From contig NC_045705.1 of NCBI RefSeq assembly GCF_009834535.1, positions 40,920,001 to 40,984,000 on the forward strand: DNA of 64,000 nucleotides. Direction: 5' to 3'. The position numbers and the translations under genes are program-made. Every line of letters starts with the position of its first letter. The first letter of the stretch is position 1. Positions 62,701 to 64,000 of this stretch are shown here, in pieces. Under the pieces are notes generated by a model that ran no database searches, was not told the origin of the DNA, and saw nothing but the letters and a program-made list of their open reading frames with translations. The DNA is from Camelus ferus (taxonomy: Eukaryota).

Positions 62701-63033
62701 TTTAATATGCAGATTTGTTAGAAATTCTGAAAGCTAGGGAAGAGTACTGCTCAGGCTTGTCCACATCAGAGCGCCCAGAAGCCTCTCATGCGTGCCCCTC
62801 CCCCAGGCGCACAAGACCAGTGTGGCATCTGCACTTGTGCAGCACACCACGCCGGGAATCCCACAGGCGGCCACTCTCCCCATGTGCTCTGTCTTACCGG
62901 GAGCTTGCTGGCGTTACATCTTCTTCCGGCTCTTCTGCAACACCAGCTAGCTCTGCAGGGAGGAGACCATCTTTGTTGACATTATTCACCCAGCTGCCCT
63001 TTGCCCCGTTTGCTCTATTCTTACTCTGCTCAG
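17601..63033 (-). CDS. SYTL2: Synaptotagmin-like protein 2 (Slp2), multi-exon and 5'-partial. The SHD-encoding first exons lie beyond the window end.
   Basis: The exon peptides match Slp2-a as I recall it: the linker [17 protein letters not shown]2A ([14 protein letters not shown]...[21 protein letters not shown]) and C2B ([14 protein letters not shown]...[13 protein letters not shown]...AKISK*). Splice phases are consistent between all readable exons. Confidence 0.97.
17850..18060 (+). mobile_element. L3/CR1 (MIR3-type) 3' relic
   Basis: gatataagaaaagaactgttttaacc...agaggattcctgtattg...gatctctaagg. Confidence 0.5.
18571..18776 (-). CDS. SYTL2: SYTL2 exon, 206 nt, C2[15 protein letters not shown]...LRIGFGT
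   Basis: Acceptor tttttag, donor G|gtaaca. It lies within ORF 18539-18805. Confidence 0.96.
18930..19145 (+). mobile_element. MIR SINE
   Basis: MIR core ttgaatcctgaatctgccacttaatggctgtgtg...ttcctcatatgtagaatgggaat. Confidence 0.7.
19871..19915. repeat. Interrupted (TG)n microsatellite
   Basis: Read directly from the sequence. Confidence 0.9.
20126..20225 (-). CDS. SYTL2: SYTL2 exon, 100 nt, C2B, (G)[32 protein letters not shown]
   Basis: Acceptor ttacag, donor TG|gtaaca. Confidence 0.95.
21990..22215 (+). mobile_element. LINE-1 3' UTR fragment (L1MA/MB-like)
   Basis: acagaaagtagaatagggttaccagg...tttaatgggtacagagtttcag...tttttaccacaataaaaaaa. Confidence 0.75.
22387..22465 (-). CDS. SYTL2: SYTL2 exon, 79 nt, [26 protein letters not shown]
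   Basis: Acceptor ttttcag, donor G|gtatgt. Confidence 0.95.
23290..24360 (+). mobile_element. Ancient L1 5'/ORF1-region relic, interrupted by MER5A
   Basis: Purine-rich degenerate ORF1-like sequence (aaatctgaaaaatatagtaattgag...aaactgaaagatagactag). Boundaries are approximate. Confidence 0.5.
23546..23726 (+). mobile_element. MER5A-like hAT-Charlie MITE
   Basis: 5' TIR cagtggttctcaaa follows a ctctagac target. Internal ttgttagaaatgca is present, and the 3' TIR is degenerate (tgagaatgacta). Confidence 0.8.
24462..24632 (-). CDS. SYTL2: SYTL2 exon, 171 nt, C2[35 protein letters not shown]...PLKRK
   Basis: Acceptor ctccag, donor AAG|gtaaat. Confidence 0.96.
25048..25160 (-). mobile_element. 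LINE-1 3' end fragment (L1MB-like)
   Basis: ttttttagagcaattttagattcatgcaaaattgaatggaaagtacagacagttccc. Confidence 0.65.
26725..26827 (-). CDS. SYTL2: SYTL2 exon, 103 nt, C2[35 protein letters not shown]
   Basis: Acceptor tttttag, donor AGG|gtatct. It contains the polybasic KKKT stretch of C2A. Confidence 0.96.
27898..28067 (-). CDS. SYTL2: SYTL2 exon, 170 nt, start of C2[21 protein letters not shown]...KKQRSDP
   Basis: Acceptor ctttcag, donor CC|gtaagt. Confidence 0.96.
29325..29496 (-). other. Assembly gap (172 N), probably hiding the ~120-nt SYTL2 cassette exon SDDRETDTASES...MTSLSS
   Basis: The peptide is absent from the readable sequence between 32556 and 28068. The minus-strand flank reads ttctgaatgtaaactttgtgta|N, which looks like a branch point and acceptor one base short of AG. 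Confidence 0.6.
29829..29891. repeat. Compound (TG)n(CA)n(TA)n microsatellite
   Basis: Read directly; it includes the self-complementary TGTGTGTATACACACA at 29845-29860. Confidence 0.9.
31117..31243 (+). mobile_element. tRNA-derived SINE, Vic-1-like (camelid)
   Basis: It starts ggggagggtatagcttagtggtaga, with A box TAGCTTAGTGG (31128-31138), B box GAATTCAATCC (31170-31180) and an A-rich tail. The TSD atgagtgatt is at 31103-31112 and 31246-31255. Confidence 0.82.
32557..32651 (-). CDS. SYTL2: SYTL2 exon, 95 nt, [31 protein letters not shown], with a GC donor
   Basis: Acceptor tgtttag, donor GAG|gcaagt, phase 1 to 0, which matches the downstream VSGSV exon. Confidence 0.92.
35002..35299 (-). 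mobile_element. LINE-1 3' end (L1MA-like), antisense to the plus strand, running into an N gap
   Basis: Matches the reverse-strand L1 3' UTR pattern aattaaaatatagttgacatacaatattatgttagtttcagatgtac. Confidence 0.8.
36040..36087 (-). CDS. SYTL2: SYTL2 cassette exon, 48 nt, (D)[15 protein letters not shown]
   Basis: Acceptor gagtag, donor A|gtgagt. It is symmetric (phase 1 to 1) and resembles the recalled alternative insert DEKPDQKPVTNEC. Confidence 0.8.
37317..37370 (-). CDS. SYTL2: SYTL2 exon, 54 nt, (N)[17 protein letters not shown]
   Basis: Acceptor ttcttgcacag, donor G|gtaaat, phase 1 to 1. Confidence 0.93.
38875..39075 (+). mobile_element. MIR SINE
   Basis: acctctctgaacttcactttcctcatctgtaaaatggggataac...ggcacatgg...tagctattatt. 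Further MIRs are visible near 5630-5790, 7030-7190, 18060-18250, 26420-26590, 31690-32165 and 36345-36530. Confidence 0.75.
39337..39484 (-). other. Assembly gap (148 N), probably hiding the SYTL2 SEEEPSPVLKTLER...SDSS exon
   Basis: That peptide is not found elsewhere between 42211 and 37371. The gap is preceded on the minus strand by a T-rich tract. Confidence 0.7.
42212..46108 (-). CDS. SYTL2: SYTL2 giant form of the variable exon, 3897 nt (1299 codons), low-complexity and probably disordered
   Basis: The ORF is uninterrupted over 42177-46073. The distal donor TCCA|gtgagc at 42211 is in phase 1, the same as the proximal donor. Confidence 0.88.
46040..46108 (-). CDS. SYTL2: SYTL2 short form of the variable exon, 69 nt, (D)[22 protein letters not shown]
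   Basis: Acceptor tacag at 46109, strong internal donor CAAG|gtaagg at 46039, phase 1 to 1. Confidence 0.9.
46640..46795. mobile_element. MER5-like hAT MITE
   Basis: tactgaaccagaatctctgaagatggggcctaggaacc...ttgaggaccatggtcta. Confidence 0.6.
47401..47413. repeat. G13 homopolymer
   Basis: Read directly from the sequence. Confidence 0.9.
49237..50046 (-). CDS. SYTL2: SYTL2 exon, 810 nt, linker containing GILK and KHVRF motifs
   Basis: Acceptor ttttcag, donor G|gtaaga, phase 1 to 1. It overlaps ORF 49202-50041. Confidence 0.95.
51179..51293 (-). CDS. SYTL2: SYTL2 exon, 115 nt, [38 protein letters not shown]
   Basis: Acceptor ttccccag, donor G|gtaaat, phase 0 to 1. It lies within ORF 51075-51335. 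Confidence 0.93.
52242..52323 (-). CDS. SYTL2: SYTL2 exon, 82 nt, [27 protein letters not shown]
   Basis: Acceptor tttgcag, donor AAG|gtagat, phase 2 to 0. Confidence 0.92.
58100..58645 (+). mobile_element. LINE-2 3' fragment
   Basis: ccagaatgatcactctaaaaagtaaacctgat...caaggctcttcacaatctggtccc...ctcaataattattgactgaataaatga. Confidence 0.7.
59838..60142 (+). mobile_element. hAT-Charlie non-autonomous element (Charlie4-like)
   Basis: gtgcggttcatggaccagtg...gtttgttactggtttacaatgaggtaagtacagaaa...ggtccttcaccacagttt. Confidence 0.55.
62898..63033 (-). CDS. SYTL2: SYTL2 exon, 136 nt, (A)[44 protein letters not shown]
   Basis: Acceptor tttcag, donor CG|gtaaga, phase 1 to 2. The peptide matches the post-SHD region. 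Confidence 0.93.
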
Positions 63034-64000
63034 CTGAAACAGGAAACAGTAAAGACAAGAAGGTTATCTATCTTTCACCTCCATGACCTACAGCTCTCAT
63101 ACTGGCTCTTATCATTGAAGGCTGGAAACCTGAACTCCAGGCCTTCCCTGAGTGCCCAGGCAGTCTCTCAGGTGTCTGGGGACCTGGGGTCAGAATTACA
63201 TCTACAGAAGTCAGTCGCTTCCTATGATGTTTTCTCCCTACAAGTCAAGTCTCAGGAGAGCGAGGGCGTAATTTTCAATGTGCAGGTAACTCCAGAGATG
63301 ATTAAAGCAAACTTCTGACAGTCTCAAGGTGAATCTGACCCGAATTGGGGTCAGGACTGACTGTGTATGGCCAGGGGATGCTCAGGGAAGGGAGTCGTCA
63401 TTGGGATGGAAGCACCATCATTACCAAGTATTTACTCAACAGCTATGATGTGTCCTAACTTGAGGCTGGGTTTTGGAATACAAAGGGGAAAAAAAAATGC
63501 TTCTGTTCTGAAAGGTTCCTCTTCACTGCCTCTTCATCCTCCTCCCCCAATCTCCACACATCCAACTTTCACATTTTCCTCAATAGCCAGCTCAGATGCC
63601 AGGGTTCCCAGAAAACCTCTGTGATCCTTCTTCAGGAAATAACATCTTTTGCCTTTAAACACCCAGGGCCTTTTACCTGCACTTCTCAGATAAATAGCAT
63701 CAACTGAGTGATGACTGAGCACCCAACACAGTGCTGAGTCCTTTGCAGGCATTATCCTATGAGGAGGGAACTATTTTCCAAGTTTACAGATTTGGAAATT
63801 GAGGATCAAAGGGTTCAAGAAACTTGCCTAAGGCCACAAAGCCAGTAAGTGACAGAAATAACTTTCATCAGTGTTAAGAAGGTGAAGCAAAATAAAGGCT
63901 CCCAATTTCCAAATACTCATATCCACGGGTCTCTTTACACATAAGTCTAGTTTCTTCAGCTGCAAAATGAGGTCCACAGAACTAACTTGTACCCTTCAGA

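Noticed and set aside
62715-63318. Plus-strand ORFs of 123, 105 and 63 aa
   Set aside because: They overlap the minus-strand SYTL2 exon or flanking intron and give no recognisable protein.

Overview
This is mammalian genomic DNA, AT-rich and repeat-rich, with six short N gaps. A tRNA-derived Vic-1-like SINE at 31117-31243 suggests a camelid (alpaca or camel). The minus strand carries most of SYTL2 (synaptotagmin-like 2, Slp2), from the exon just after the Rab27-binding SHD region (62898-63033) to the stop codon at 17601 and a poly(A) signal near 16675. Fifteen coding exons can be read with consistent splice phases. Two more expected exons coincide with N gaps. One exon is 69 nt or 3897 nt depending on which donor is used, and one intron has a GC donor. 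Downstream on the same strand is the intronless gene CCDC89 (8629-9742), which has a +1 frameshift and a 22-bp tandem duplication over its start codon. A CpG-enriched, promoter-like patch lies at about 6230-6500. The rest is L1, L2, MIR, L3, MaLR and hAT relics plus microsatellites. The most notable observations are: five cryptic ~31-aa repeats ending in LxxLL/LD-like helices in the giant SYTL2 exon; a candidate in-frame alternative first coding exon (53262/53292-53428); donor-regenerating exon starts; and possible loss of CCDC89. There is no prokaryotic-type system, CRISPR array or true RNA gene. Comparisons with human proteins come from recalled sequences, not from a search.
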